From NCBI RefSeq assembly GCF_009914755.1, contig NC_060929.1: a stretch of 64,000 nt of DNA. One strand, 5' to 3'. Position 1 is the stretch's first letter. The number at the start of each line of letters is the position of its first letter. A program made the position numbers and the translations under genes. This stretch comes from the human T2T-CHM13v2.0 reference genome, Homo sapiens. Below, piece by piece: positions 13,664-25,838 of this stretch. Below the pieces are notes generated by a model. It was given only the letters and a program-made list of their open reading frames with translations, was not told the origin of the DNA and ran no database searches.

Positions 13664-14112
13664 CTACACTGTCCAAAATGATAGTCACTAGGCACATGTG
13701 GCTAGTAAGCATGTGAACTTATAGCACACTTAAGCACTTGAACTTACATGTAGCTCATAAGCACTTGAATTTACATGTGGCTAGTAAGCACTGGAAATGT
13801 ACTGAATTGACATGTGCTATAAATAGTATAAAATCCACATAGGATTTCAAAGATAGTATGAGAAAAATAATGTCAAATATTTTCTTAAATTTTACACTGA
13901 TTACACATCGAAATGATATTTTGAACGTGTTCATATTGTTAAAATTGATTCCATCTGTTTCTTTTTACTTAAATTTTTTAAAATTGTAAATTATTATTAT
14001 GAGTACATGACAGTTCTTTTTACTTTTAAATGTGATATGGTTACTATAAAACGTGAAATTATACGTATGGCTTGCATTTGTGTCCCAGGTTATAGTTCTA
14101 CTGGACAGAAAT
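13664..14112 (+). mobile_element. MER33 hAT-Charlie MITE with internal tandem expansion
   Basis: Inverted ends ctacactgtccaa ... ctactggacag; body ggatttcaaagatagtatgagaaaa...ctgtttctttttactt. Confidence 0.8.
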
Positions 14113-14599
14113 GCTCTAAACTAAGGCTGATATTTTCAGACTCACAACCTCAAGTTACCCCAAGACAGCCCTCATATCATCTCAGGGTCGCTAGGAGGGG
14201 AGAAAAAAATATAACAGATTGTATAATTGATAACCCCCTGTTTTTTATGTTTTGATATTTCATCACGAAAGGGAAGAAACTGAGCACCCTGGTGATACTG
14301 GGGCAGAAGGATCAGATGCTATCCAATATCCCGGTGACTTTCTTTGAAGTATAATTTTATGTCAAAAGGCCTTTCCAAACTTATTCAGGTGTACAAAGCA
14401 CTAAGGAAAAGTTCAGACCCCTGAGCCAGAAAACTTCATTTTCCACATTAAGATCAAAGGAGTATGCGGGAGAGATGTGGCATTCCCAGTACTGGGGGTT
14501 CTGTTATAACAGGGTCAGAGAGAGGGCCAGAAAGGGAGGAGAAAAGCAAAAGACTGCCCAGAAAGTCAGCCAGTGAAAGCAAGTGACTCATGTATACTT

Positions 14600-14802
14600 T
14601 CATGTACTCATTAATGTAGCAAATATCCACTTATTGTCTGTTATTCATTGCCTAATGTGTCCTCATTATCTATAGGCACTGCTCCAAATTCTAGGGATAC
14701 AGTGGTGACCAAGGATCAAGGTTTCTGCCCTCTAAGAATTTGTTTTGTAAAGACAATAGAGAATAATATACAATGAATAAGTAAATATGATAACTTCAGA
14801 TT
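14600..14802 (-). mobile_element. L2 3' end fragment
   Basis: aggcactgctccaaattctagggatacagtggtgacc...tctgccctctaagaattt; continues near 15660-15910. Confidence 0.65.
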
Positions 14803-15336
14803 CTACTAGTTAGATTATAGGTTGGCTGCTATAACACAGAGACCCAAATAGCAATGGCTTAAGCAAGAGAGAACTTCATTTCTTTCTCATGTATAATAAC
14901 AATCTGCGAGTGAGCAGTCTAGGGTGGGATTAGCACTCCTATAGTGTTAGAGACCCAGGTTCCTTCTGTCTTGCTGACCTGCCAGTACTGTATCTGTGGT
15001 TATCTACAAGGTTCGAGATGGATCACCATCTCAGGCAAGCAGGAAGGGAAAGAGAAAGTGAAGGCCTCTCCTCTTCCTTTTAAGGATGTGACCTAGAAGT
15101 TGCACACATTGTTTAATTCACATCCCATTGGCCAGTACTTAGTCATATGACCATCCTAGAAGCAAGGTAGTCTGGGAAATGTAGTCTTCATACTGAATGA
15201 CTTGTAGTCAGCTTAAAAAATGTTTTACATTTTTTTCTTAAAATGTTTTTTTTTTAATTTAAAGAAAAACAATGTTTTTCTTTAAATGAAGGAAGAAGAG
15301 AACAGATGTTGAGGGGCAACTAATAGTATCAGCACA
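14803..15336 (-). mobile_element. MLT1J/K-like MaLR LTR
   Basis: gctgctataaca...aatggcttaagcaag...cccattggccagtacttagtcatatgaccatcctagaagcaaggtagtctgggaaatgtagtc. Confidence 0.8.
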
Positions 15337-15659
15337 ATGGTGAGTTGCACAACTGCTACATTCGCAATATCAATAGTAGGACTGCATTACTGGAAAGACC
15401 AGGCTCTGACAATCCTTGGATAAATCACACAGGATTGACTTATGTAAGGATAGAGAAGAAAATCAGCACTGTCAGGACTCATGGCAGAGAGATCAGCATC
15501 ATCTTCTAGACATAAAAAGGTGAACACAAAATCCTTTCCAAGGGAAAATCCAGTTGAAGATGAAAATCTGTGAAAGCATAGAGGTCACATTAAATTATCA
15601 GGAAGCCTAACTCATCCCCTCTGGACCCAGGACCTATCCTGTAGAGACAAAATATGAAT

Positions 15660-15910
15660 GAAAGAGAGTTGGAGTAGGGGTTGTCAGGTGACTTATTAGC
15701 AAGTATGTACAAGGATGGTGTCTCTAGGGAACTAATACTTGAACAGAGACCTGAAGGGTTAGACAGAGTTCCTTATAGAAAACTTTCCAGCAATAGGGAA
15801 CAGCAGATGAAAAGACCTTGTAACTAAGGTTGACCTTCGCAGGTACTAGAAACCAAGTTTTCCCAAGTAGCTGGAGTGTCATAAGTGAGGCAGAGAGTGG
15901 AAATGAGAGG
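15660..15910 (-). mobile_element. L2 fragment
   Basis: cttgaacagagacctgaagg...ttccagcaatagggaacagcagatgaaaagaccttg. Confidence 0.6.
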
Positions 15911-16179
15911 AGGGGAAAAAAGGAGAAGATGAGAAAAGGAAGGCAGCTCTCACGTTTAGCACTGGAGGGACATCTTTATCAGATAAAATGGCAGAATCTG
16001 CCTCCTTCAGGTATTCCCTAATGTTTGCCTCTGGCAACTTTCCATACAAATTTCCCCAAACCAGTGCTGAGAAAAGAACCTAGCGTCAGTTTTCCCTGAG
16101 CTCAGAGTCCTGTCCTTTCCTTTCGCTCATTTTCCTTGTCTGTTTACCCAGGATGCGAATCCCTGCCCCACCCTGCTCT

Positions 16180-16320
16180 TCTCCCAGGGTTGTCGTGAGA
16201 TCAGATGAAAGAGGAGGTGTGAGGGTGGCTGTCATGTGAAGTGCTGAGTTCTGGGGCAGAGAGGTACGGCACCTGGCACCCAGTGGGACTCAGTACTGTT
16301 ATTTCTATTATGATGGTTGC
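16180..16320 (+). mobile_element. MIR 3' fragment
   Basis: cccagggttgtcgtgagatcagatga...cacctggcacccagtgggactcagta. Confidence 0.6.
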
Positions 16321-16859
16321 AGTCAGTTGGTTTCCTCAATTTCCAGACCTTCAGTACAGATCTCAATTATGATTTTGAAATGCTTTTCTTTTTCCATCAT
16401 ACTAATTAACGATGGTTTGTTTTGCCTTGTCAAAGCAGGTGCTTGGATATTTTTAGAAGATTCCCCTTTGTCAGAGATCCCATGGCTTGGTGTGGAGTGG
16501 TGTGAGTTGTGCCCAGTGGAACATTTAGGTTATTGGTTGGTTGAAAACTCTGCTCTCTGCATCCTTGTAGAATGTACATGTAGATATGACTTTAAATAAA
16601 AGTCAGCATTTTCTGAATTTCTTTTTGTGCCAACCCAGACATACCCCTTTTAAAAATATTGGCTGGTTATTAAACTCTATTTGTTTTGTTTCTCCATCTG
16701 TGCCATGTGCTTTCCACAGATAGCTTGTAGAACTTTGCTTAGCACAGGGGCTTTGGAACCATTTTGCATGGTTCCACTTTCACTCTGGGAAGATGGGGAG
16801 TTGAGGAAGGAGTTTGGACAGAAGACTTATTTAACTCCAGTTTCATCTTGGTTTCAATT

Positions 16860-18500
<1,641 letters not shown>

Positions 18501-18714
18501 GATGAGAAGGGCAGGTGACTGGTCTGGGGCTCACAGTGAGTTAATATATTAAATTAATTCATCCACCTAATTAGGTGCCTGTTATGCAGCATGTTGTGCT
18601 AGGCACCAGGTAGAAAGAAACTTAAGACATGCATTCCAATGTGTAAAATTCAGTGAGTAAAGCCCCAAAAATGCAGGATCAAGAGACCCACTTTCCTATA
18701 TTTGCTAAAAAATA

Positions 18715-18900
18715 ATGTGGTATAGTAAAAATGACACAGATTTTGGGTAAAAATAGATCTAGGTTCAAATCTTGACTTTCTTTTTGGCTATGTGATCTTG
18801 GGCAAATTATTTAATCTCTCTAAGCCTCAGTTTTCACATCTGTAAAATGGGAATAATAATATCCCCCATATAGATTTCTTGAGAAGATCTGAGATAAGGT
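18715..18900 (+). mobile_element. MIR
   Basis: gtgatcttgggcaaattatttaatctctctaagcctcagttttcacatctgtaaaatgggaataata core. Confidence 0.85.
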
Positions 18901-18914
18901 CTATTAACTCTGTA

Positions 18915-19027
18915 AGGGTAAGGGATTTGTCTAAATTACTCAGTATCGTATCCCCAGTACCAAGCATAGCATAATGCCTGGCCCATAGCAGGGATTTAGT
19001 AGATATTTGCAGAATGAATGGATGACA
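18915..19027 (+). mobile_element. L2 3' terminus
   Basis: tatccccagtaccaagcatag...tgcctggcccatagcagg...tatttgcagaatgaatggatga. Confidence 0.75.
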
Positions 19028-20454
19028 GAAGGTATGTGAAGAACCTGGCATAGAGGAGGTGCTCTGTAAAGGGTAGCCATTCTTCCTCACTGCTCTGGGA
19101 CCTGTGAGGATCTGTCACTGGATGCGTGAGGATGAGATAATGAATTACCAGGCAAAATGCTAAAGCCTCTGGTTGGCAATGAGACGTAGGGTGGATATCC
19201 TGTTCTGAATACTTGGCTCATGATGGGCGTGAATGGATAAGGGAAGCAGCTCGTGCCTGGCCAGAGGCAGGCCATCAACAGTCCTGTGCAGTACAGGGAG
19301 GCTGAGGGGAAGGAATGTTAGGCATGTGCTGACTTACATGTGACCTCAAGTGAGAGGGACAGGCTGTTCCAGTCATCTCATCTAGGTGAGCAGCTTCTAG
19401 CTCTCAGGCCTGTGACTCTCAGTGGCCTGGGTCAGCTCAAAGGTTCCTGCCTGTCCACAGGTGCTGGCCTTTTCTGGCTACTCTTCCCTGTTCACAATTT
19501 AGATGCTCAAGGCAGCAGAAAAGATAACAGCCAAAAGTGGAGGCAATTTACCTCTTTGTTAATTCCTGCCTGAATGAAAACAAAAAAATTGTTGTGTGTG
19601 TTTTCTCCCTGGAAATGTCATACCTCCTCAATATTTAAAAAAGTCCTAGGACAGCAAAAAGAAAAAAAATCACCAAATTGGTGTGGTTTCAGGGTCATGT
19701 TTTTCTTTTTTTCTACCTGGTTTTTAATATACTCTCTGCCTAGTTTCTTTTCTTTTTGGACTTGAGGAAGGCCAGAGCTGCTTTTCCTGGAAGAATGATG
19801 CTCCGTGACTGGCAAAACCAGTGAGAGAGACACTTCGGCACATTAAGAAGCCAGAGGCTCATTAGTGTCTATTTACTACCTTGTAGAATGCTCTCGAAGA
19901 AGAACCTGAGACTGTCATCTCCTGGAATGGGGCTCCCCAGAGCTTCCTCACTCAGGATGTGCATAATGAATGTAGCAGCCTGGGCAGGGGGAGGGCGTCA
20001 CATGCTGGGCCTGTGGTCCCAGGGGCAGCCTCATCTTTCCCTGGCTCCTTCAAAAGCAAGGCATTATGGGCAGGGAGGGATGATTTATGATCTCCTCTCT
20101 TTGGGCTCAGCGTGGATGCTGTGGGAGGAAGGAGGCTGCTCTGCCCAGGGGCAGGAGCAGAGCACCCACACACCATGCAGAGGATCACTGGACACATCTC
20201 ACATAGTCAGGGTTGGAGAAGAACTCATGATCACCTGATCAGCCTCTCAAGTCTACAGAGGCAGAAAATGAGGCACAGGGAGAAAATGGGGCTGGATGAA
20301 GGCCCACTCTTAGCCCATGCCAGAGCAGAGGAACATCCATTCATGCCTAATCCAATGCACTGTGCTGATTCACCTCTCTCAGTGGTGAATTTTCCCATCT
20401 GGAAAACTAGGCTGATATTGTAGATCCTAGCTTACAAAAACATTCTCAACTGGA

Positions 20455-20760
20455 ATGTGAAAGAATACACAATTGGGAGTCAGAAGACATTGGTTTGGGT
20501 CCTAACCCTGTGGGATCTTGGGCAAGGCACTTTGCCTATTTGAGTCTCAGTTTACCTTCTGTAACATGAGGTGAATTATCAACAATAATAGCTAATATTC
20601 TTGAACCCTCACTGTGGGCCAGGCAATGTGCTAAGTGTTAGGGTTATTTCAATTATTCTTCTTAATAACCTTAAGAGGGAGGTACTATTATTCCTATTTT
20701 AAAGATGAGGAAACTGAGGTTGAGTTTAATTAGCTTGAGTAAGGTCTCAAAGCTAGGTGA
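20455..20760. mobile_element. Two adjacent MIRs, + (20455-20580) and - (20581-20760)
   Basis: gatcttgggcaaggcactttgcctatttgagtctcagttt followed by tattcctattttaaagatgaggaaactgagg. Confidence 0.75.
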
Positions 20761-21117
20761 TAGTATTTATCGCACAAGGTTTATGTAAGAGTTGCATAAG
20801 CTGCTTATGAATGTGTTTTTCGATTATGAAATACACATGCAAACAATTTTCCATGTAAAAGTATTTTGAATTTTTTTGAGAAAAAGTCCTGAATGCCAAG
20901 TCATCACTGTTTGATCTTATTTGCCAAATGTTCTTTGAATTGCTGCTGAGTGTGAAGAACCATGTCAAGCGCTGGAGAGGAGGGCATGCTGCAACCCCCA
21001 CTCTCATGGAGGTTACAGGTCAGCAGCTAACGCAGCCATCCAGGTAAAAATGACAAGTGGGATGTGAACCCAGGAGTGGGAATGGATGGTGGGTAAGGGA
21101 ATGAGCTTTGTCTGGAA

Positions 21118-21212
21118 CAGTGGTTTCTAACCCTGGCCAATCCCAGAGATTCTGATTTACCAGGGAAGGGAAGGAGCCCAGACATCGTTGTTTTTTAAAG
21201 CCCTCTGGGATT
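21118..21212 (+). mobile_element. MER5-like MITE fragment
   Basis: cagtggtttctaaccctggc...cccagagattctgattta. Confidence 0.6.
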
Positions 21213-21774
21213 GGAATGGGCCACCACAATTCAGACCTGCTGATCCAGATGATGAAGACACCTCCCTGAGGAAGTAACATTTAAGCTAGGGGCTGCTGGA
21301 GTTTGAAGATGGTTCATTCTAACTGCAGCTGACAGCTTTGCCAGGTAGATGTTTCTCTCTTCTGACAGGGAGGGCTGGAGACCACAGTCAGGAGGGACCC
21401 CCAGGTGAGCTGCACCTCCTGAGAGAAACTCAGCCAGACGGCAAGGCTGCCCACCCCACCCTCCACATTCACTGCCCCACATCGGTGGAGAGAAGTGGTT
21501 TCCTCTGGAGCTGATAGCTCCACCTGTCGCCTCTGTGCAGCCAGCTGCTACTGAGTAGGGGCTGGGTGAGGAGTAGATCCAGGATTCTTGGAGGTGTGAC
21601 TTTGAAGACTGGTTTCTCCCTTCACCCATCAGGCTGCCAATGGGGGCTGCTCCCCAGACAGGCTGCATCCATGGTGCCCCTTCATGTCACACAGCCAGGC
21701 CTGGGAGATGCAACGTCAAAAAACACATTCAGAGACAGTGCATACAATTCTTACAAAGACTCTATCAGCTAGCA

Positions 21775-21870
21775 GTGAGACCTCGGGCCAGTTGATTAAA
21801 CTCTGAGCCTCAGTTTCTTCACCTATAAAATGAGGATAATAGTGGTAGTGTTTTATGAAAACAACCATAA
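21775..21870 (+). mobile_element. MIR core fragment
   Basis: ctctgagcctcagtttcttcacctataaaatgaggataata. Confidence 0.75.
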
Positions 21871-22384
21871 AGTTGTTTTTATGAAAGAGTAGCCAGGACA
21901 GAGGAAGCCCCTTTGATGCTGGCACATGGGGTGAAGGCTCATGCCCCCCTCAAGTCAGCTCTGCCAGGTCAGCTGTATCATGCATTCAGTAAATGAAGTC
22001 ACACCTAGGCCAGGTGAAAGGATGTACCCTTAGCACGTTAGCCAAGAGGCCTTGCTAGTTCTGAGCCCCCAAATGAGGAACACCAGTGTTGGTTGGAGGC
22101 AGTCCTGCTCTAGGGAGGGGGCTGCTCTTGGAGCAGAAATGGAGACGGACTGCTTGCCCCAGTGTCAAACAAGAAGATGGAGTTGAACATGACCACCCAT
22201 TCTCCCCACATTTACCAAGCAGAGAAGCTTCCATCTCCACACGTGCAGTGGAAGTACAAGGTGAAGAGAATCTAGAATCTCCCCTACTGAGGAGGTTTCC
22301 TCTATCCAGACACACAGCACGAGTGGGGAAGAAGCATTGCAACCTCTACCCCCACCCTGCCACCATCTTGCACATGAAACCCTG

Positions 22385-22530
22385 GAGTTTTAGAACTGAC
22401 GGTACTTTAAAGATCATCTAGACCAACCCACTCATTTACAGAAGAGGAAATAGACTCAGAGAGGGAGAATGACTTGATGAAGGGGAAGAGCTGAGACTCA
22501 AACAGGGTCTCCTGGCTCCTGGACCTGTGT
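22385..22530 (-). mobile_element. MIR/MIR3 fragment
   Basis: agatcatctagaccaacccactcatttacagaagaggaaatagactcagagag. Confidence 0.7.
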
Positions 22531-23636
22531 CTGTTTCATGTCCGGGGTGGAGCTGGCAGGGCTTTTTCCAGGTCATGCTCTAGCGGCATGAACATCTCCA
22601 GCCAGGCCCATCCCTATCAGCATTGCATGTAGGGATGGCACTCAGCCTTGCCAGTCCTTTCTTTAGTTAAATGTTTCATGGATGAATGAGATGAGATATA
22701 TCTGGGTGACATCTCTTCTGTTTAATTGTAATATTATAACTGTTTATCAATATATAACCTTTAATATGCATCTATCAAACAAATGTCTATTCTTTAACAT
22801 GTACTTGTCCTTGTGTTTCATGCATAATGAAACCAAATGGAAGAAACAGCCCTACATTATCACCTTCTTCCTGGATCTGCTGTCTTCCCATCTCGATTCT
22901 GCCTTTACAACTTGGCCTTTGCCTTTAACAACACATCTAGGACAATGCCACTCCCAAATTGGCTCAGCTCACAGCAGTGCTACTACCTGCCTTATTCTGG
23001 CCATGTGGGAGTGTTTCTAATCATAACATGGCAGAACTGGAATGGCTCTTACAGATTATCTGGTCCAGTGGATTTCAAGATCCTCATTTCCTTAGTGAAA
23101 CTCTCTTATAAAACACAATCTTATGTGAAATTCTAAAGGTGGAGCTCTTGGGAGGCAGCAGGGGGTCCAGGGCCAGAGGCTGTCCCACTTGGCTTTCCTT
23201 TTGCCCTGTTCTTTTCCATCTTCTAGCCCTCTAAGATAAGGTGCCCATGTTGCAGATGAGCAAAGTGAGTTCCAGAAAATGAAGTCACATGGTTGGTGAG
23301 CCTAGATTCTAGAGTCTGATAACAAGTTGCTTATAAAAAAATAAGTCGTGCTTTTCAGTTTTCATTTGTGAAAATTCTGATATTTTTGGCATTAAATAAA
23401 TGAGTAAAACTGAGCCTTTAATTATAGAGTTAGTCTTTTAATTAGTTTGTCAAACATTTGTTAAGCACATGATCTTTCCAGTTGCATTAAAAATTCATGA
23501 TTTGAATGTAGATACAATAAAAATTGGCCTTTGGTGCTAATGAAAATCAGAGAGTGCCTATAATTAAGATTAAATTCCATTGTAAGTATGAACCCTCCCA
23601 AGTAATTGTGGCTTAAACAAAATGGTACTACATGTC

Positions 23637-24074
23637 TGTGATGGTTAATACTGAGTGTCAACTTGATTGGATTGAAGGATACAAAGTATTAATCCTGGGT
23701 GTGTCTGTGAGGGTGTTGCCAAAGGAGATAAACATTTGAGTCAGTGGGCTGGGGAAGGCAGACCCACCCTTAATCTAGTGGGCACAATCTAATTAGCACC
23801 AGCAAATATAAAGCAGGCAGAAAAACATGAAAGGAGGGACTGGCTTAGTCTCCCAGCTTACATCTTTCTCCCATGTTGGATGCTTCCTGCCCTCAAACAT
23901 CGGACTCCAGGTCCTTCAGTTTTGGGACTCAGACTGGCTCTCCTTGCTCCTCAGCTTGCAGACAGCCTATTGTGGGACCTTGTGATCGTGTAAGTTAATA
24001 ATTAACAAACTCCCATTTATATATATATATATATATATATTCCGTTAGTTCTGTCCTTCTAGAACCCTAATACA
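23637..24074 (+). mobile_element. 5' LTR, MLT2A1-like (438 bp)
   Basis: tgtgatggttaatactgagtgtcaacttgattggattgaagg; TATAAA 23807-23812; internal (TA)n 24019-24040. Confidence 0.92.
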
Positions 24075-24079
24075 GGTTT

Positions 24080-24094
24080 TGGTACCAGGAGTGG
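24080..24094 (+). promoter_or_regulatory. Primer-binding site complementary to tRNA-Leu 3' end
   Basis: tggtaccaggagtgg just downstream of the LTR, complementary to ...CCACUCCUGGUACCA of tRNA-Leu(UAA). Confidence 0.85.
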
Positions 24095-24118
24095 TTCTAG
24101 AGGAACAGAATATTAAGG

Positions 24119-25838
24119 ATGGAGTTCTTTTGTTGGTTTTAGGGTTACTGGAGTTGACTGCTTAATATGATTGACCCCAAAATGCTAAGGACTCTACTTC
24201 TAACAGTATGGGGAACACTGATAGTCCTTGGTGTGAACTGTTTAGAGTTAGGCAAAATAAATGCATTTGACACTCCTGATTCACCACTTGTGAGAGGCAG
24301 GGAGTTTAATGACTCTCTACATGATACCTTTGACCATATGTGGAGAACCAAGGAACATAATGAAGCTGGTTGGTTGCTCCGAAGTTCAGTGGACAAAGTG
24401 ATGAAAGAAAATGATGAACTCAAGGATTCTGTCTTCCAGCCTCAGAAACAGATACTCAAATCTGCTAAGATTGCCCTGAGTGACAGTCTTTTCTTCTGTA
24501 GAGAAAGAGCTGAAATTATGGAAAAAGAAACACAAGCTCTTATCATGCAAGTGGCTTACGTGCAATGAAAATGCATGCACAGCCTATCCAGGTGTCTACC
24601 AGTTAAAGTGAGGGCATTGATTGGAAAAGAATGGGACCCTGCAACTTCGAATGGGGACATGTGGGAGGACCCTGATGAAGCTGGGGACAGAGTTTGTAAG
24701 CTCTGATGGACCTTTTTTGCCAGGAGGAGCAGCTTCCCCATCCCCAATAGTGGCAACATCCCCTCCCCAACCCATGCTGCCATCAGCCTTCCCACCTTTG
24801 TCTGAGGAGATAAACCCTGCGCTGCCTGAGGCAACAGTGATGGCCTCCACTGAGGCAGTTGCCAGGCAAAATACTGTTGAGTCTCCTCAGGACCCACCCC
24901 CAACACCCCTGTTTGCTTCTAGACCTATAACCAAAGTCCCAGTGGTCCCCTAGAGGTGAGGTTGAGAGTGTGACCCATGAGGAGGTGTGTTACACTGGAA
25001 AAGAACTGTTTGAATTCTCCAATTTGTATAAACAGAAATCTGGAGAACAGGCATGGGAATGGATATTAAGGGTATGGGATAAAAGTGGAAGGAACATAGA
25101 GTTGGATGAAGCTGAATTTATTGATTTGGGCCCACTAAGTAGGGACTTTGCTTTTAATGTTGCAGCTCGGGGAGTTAAAAAGGTTCTAATACTTTATTTG
25201 CTTGGTAAGCTAAAATATGTATTAAAAGATGGCCCACTGTGAGAGAGCTAGAAATGCCTGAGCTCCCTTGGTTTAAAGTAGAGGAAGGGATCCAAAGGCT
25301 TAGGGAGATTGGAATGGTGGAGTGGATTAGTCACTTTAGACCTACTCATCCCAGCTGGGAGGGTCCAGAAGATACACCCTCGACCAACATCTTGAGAAAT
25401 AGATTTGTGAGGGCAGCACCTGCATCTTTGAAGAGCCTTGTAATTGCTTTTCTCTATATGTCAGATATAATGGTGGGAACCACAGTCACTCAGCTACAAA
25501 ATTTAAATACAATGGGAATAATTAGACCCGAGGTGGCAGGGGCTAAGTGGCGGCCCTCAATCTTCAAAGGCAAAGTGGGCGTAGCAGCTACCATAATGGA
25601 CAGCAGAGGAAAAGTGTCAGAATAGTCTGACTTGTGCAGAGCTCTGGCATTGGCTAATTAATCACCGTGTTCCTAGAAATTGATACAAAGCCTACCGCAT
25701 TCCTACTTAATTTATACAAGCAGAAAACTTCTAGATCGAATGGACAAAGACTAATTTGAATTATAAAAACAGAGTCACAGCCCCCTCAATCAATTTCCAG
25801 ACTTGAGCCAGTTTACAGACCCAGAACCCCTTGAATGA
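24119..25838 (+). pseudogene. gag: HERV-L gag remnant (several frameshifts and stops)
   Basis: Fragments 24167-24568, 24621-24953, 24970-25242 (YKQKSGEQAWEWILRVWD) and 25239-25625 (LEMPELPWFKVEEGIQRLREIGM) are ERV-L Gag-like; start codon inferred. Confidence 0.85.

Noticed and set aside
13690-13800. Repeat array superficially like a CRISPR
   Set aside because: Units are directly tandem, degenerate and lack unique spacers; they lie inside a MER33 in primate DNA with no cas genes.
24119-25838. Domesticated Fv1-like ERV-L gag gene
   Set aside because: Gag is split over at least four ORF fragments by frameshifts and stops; no intact frame.
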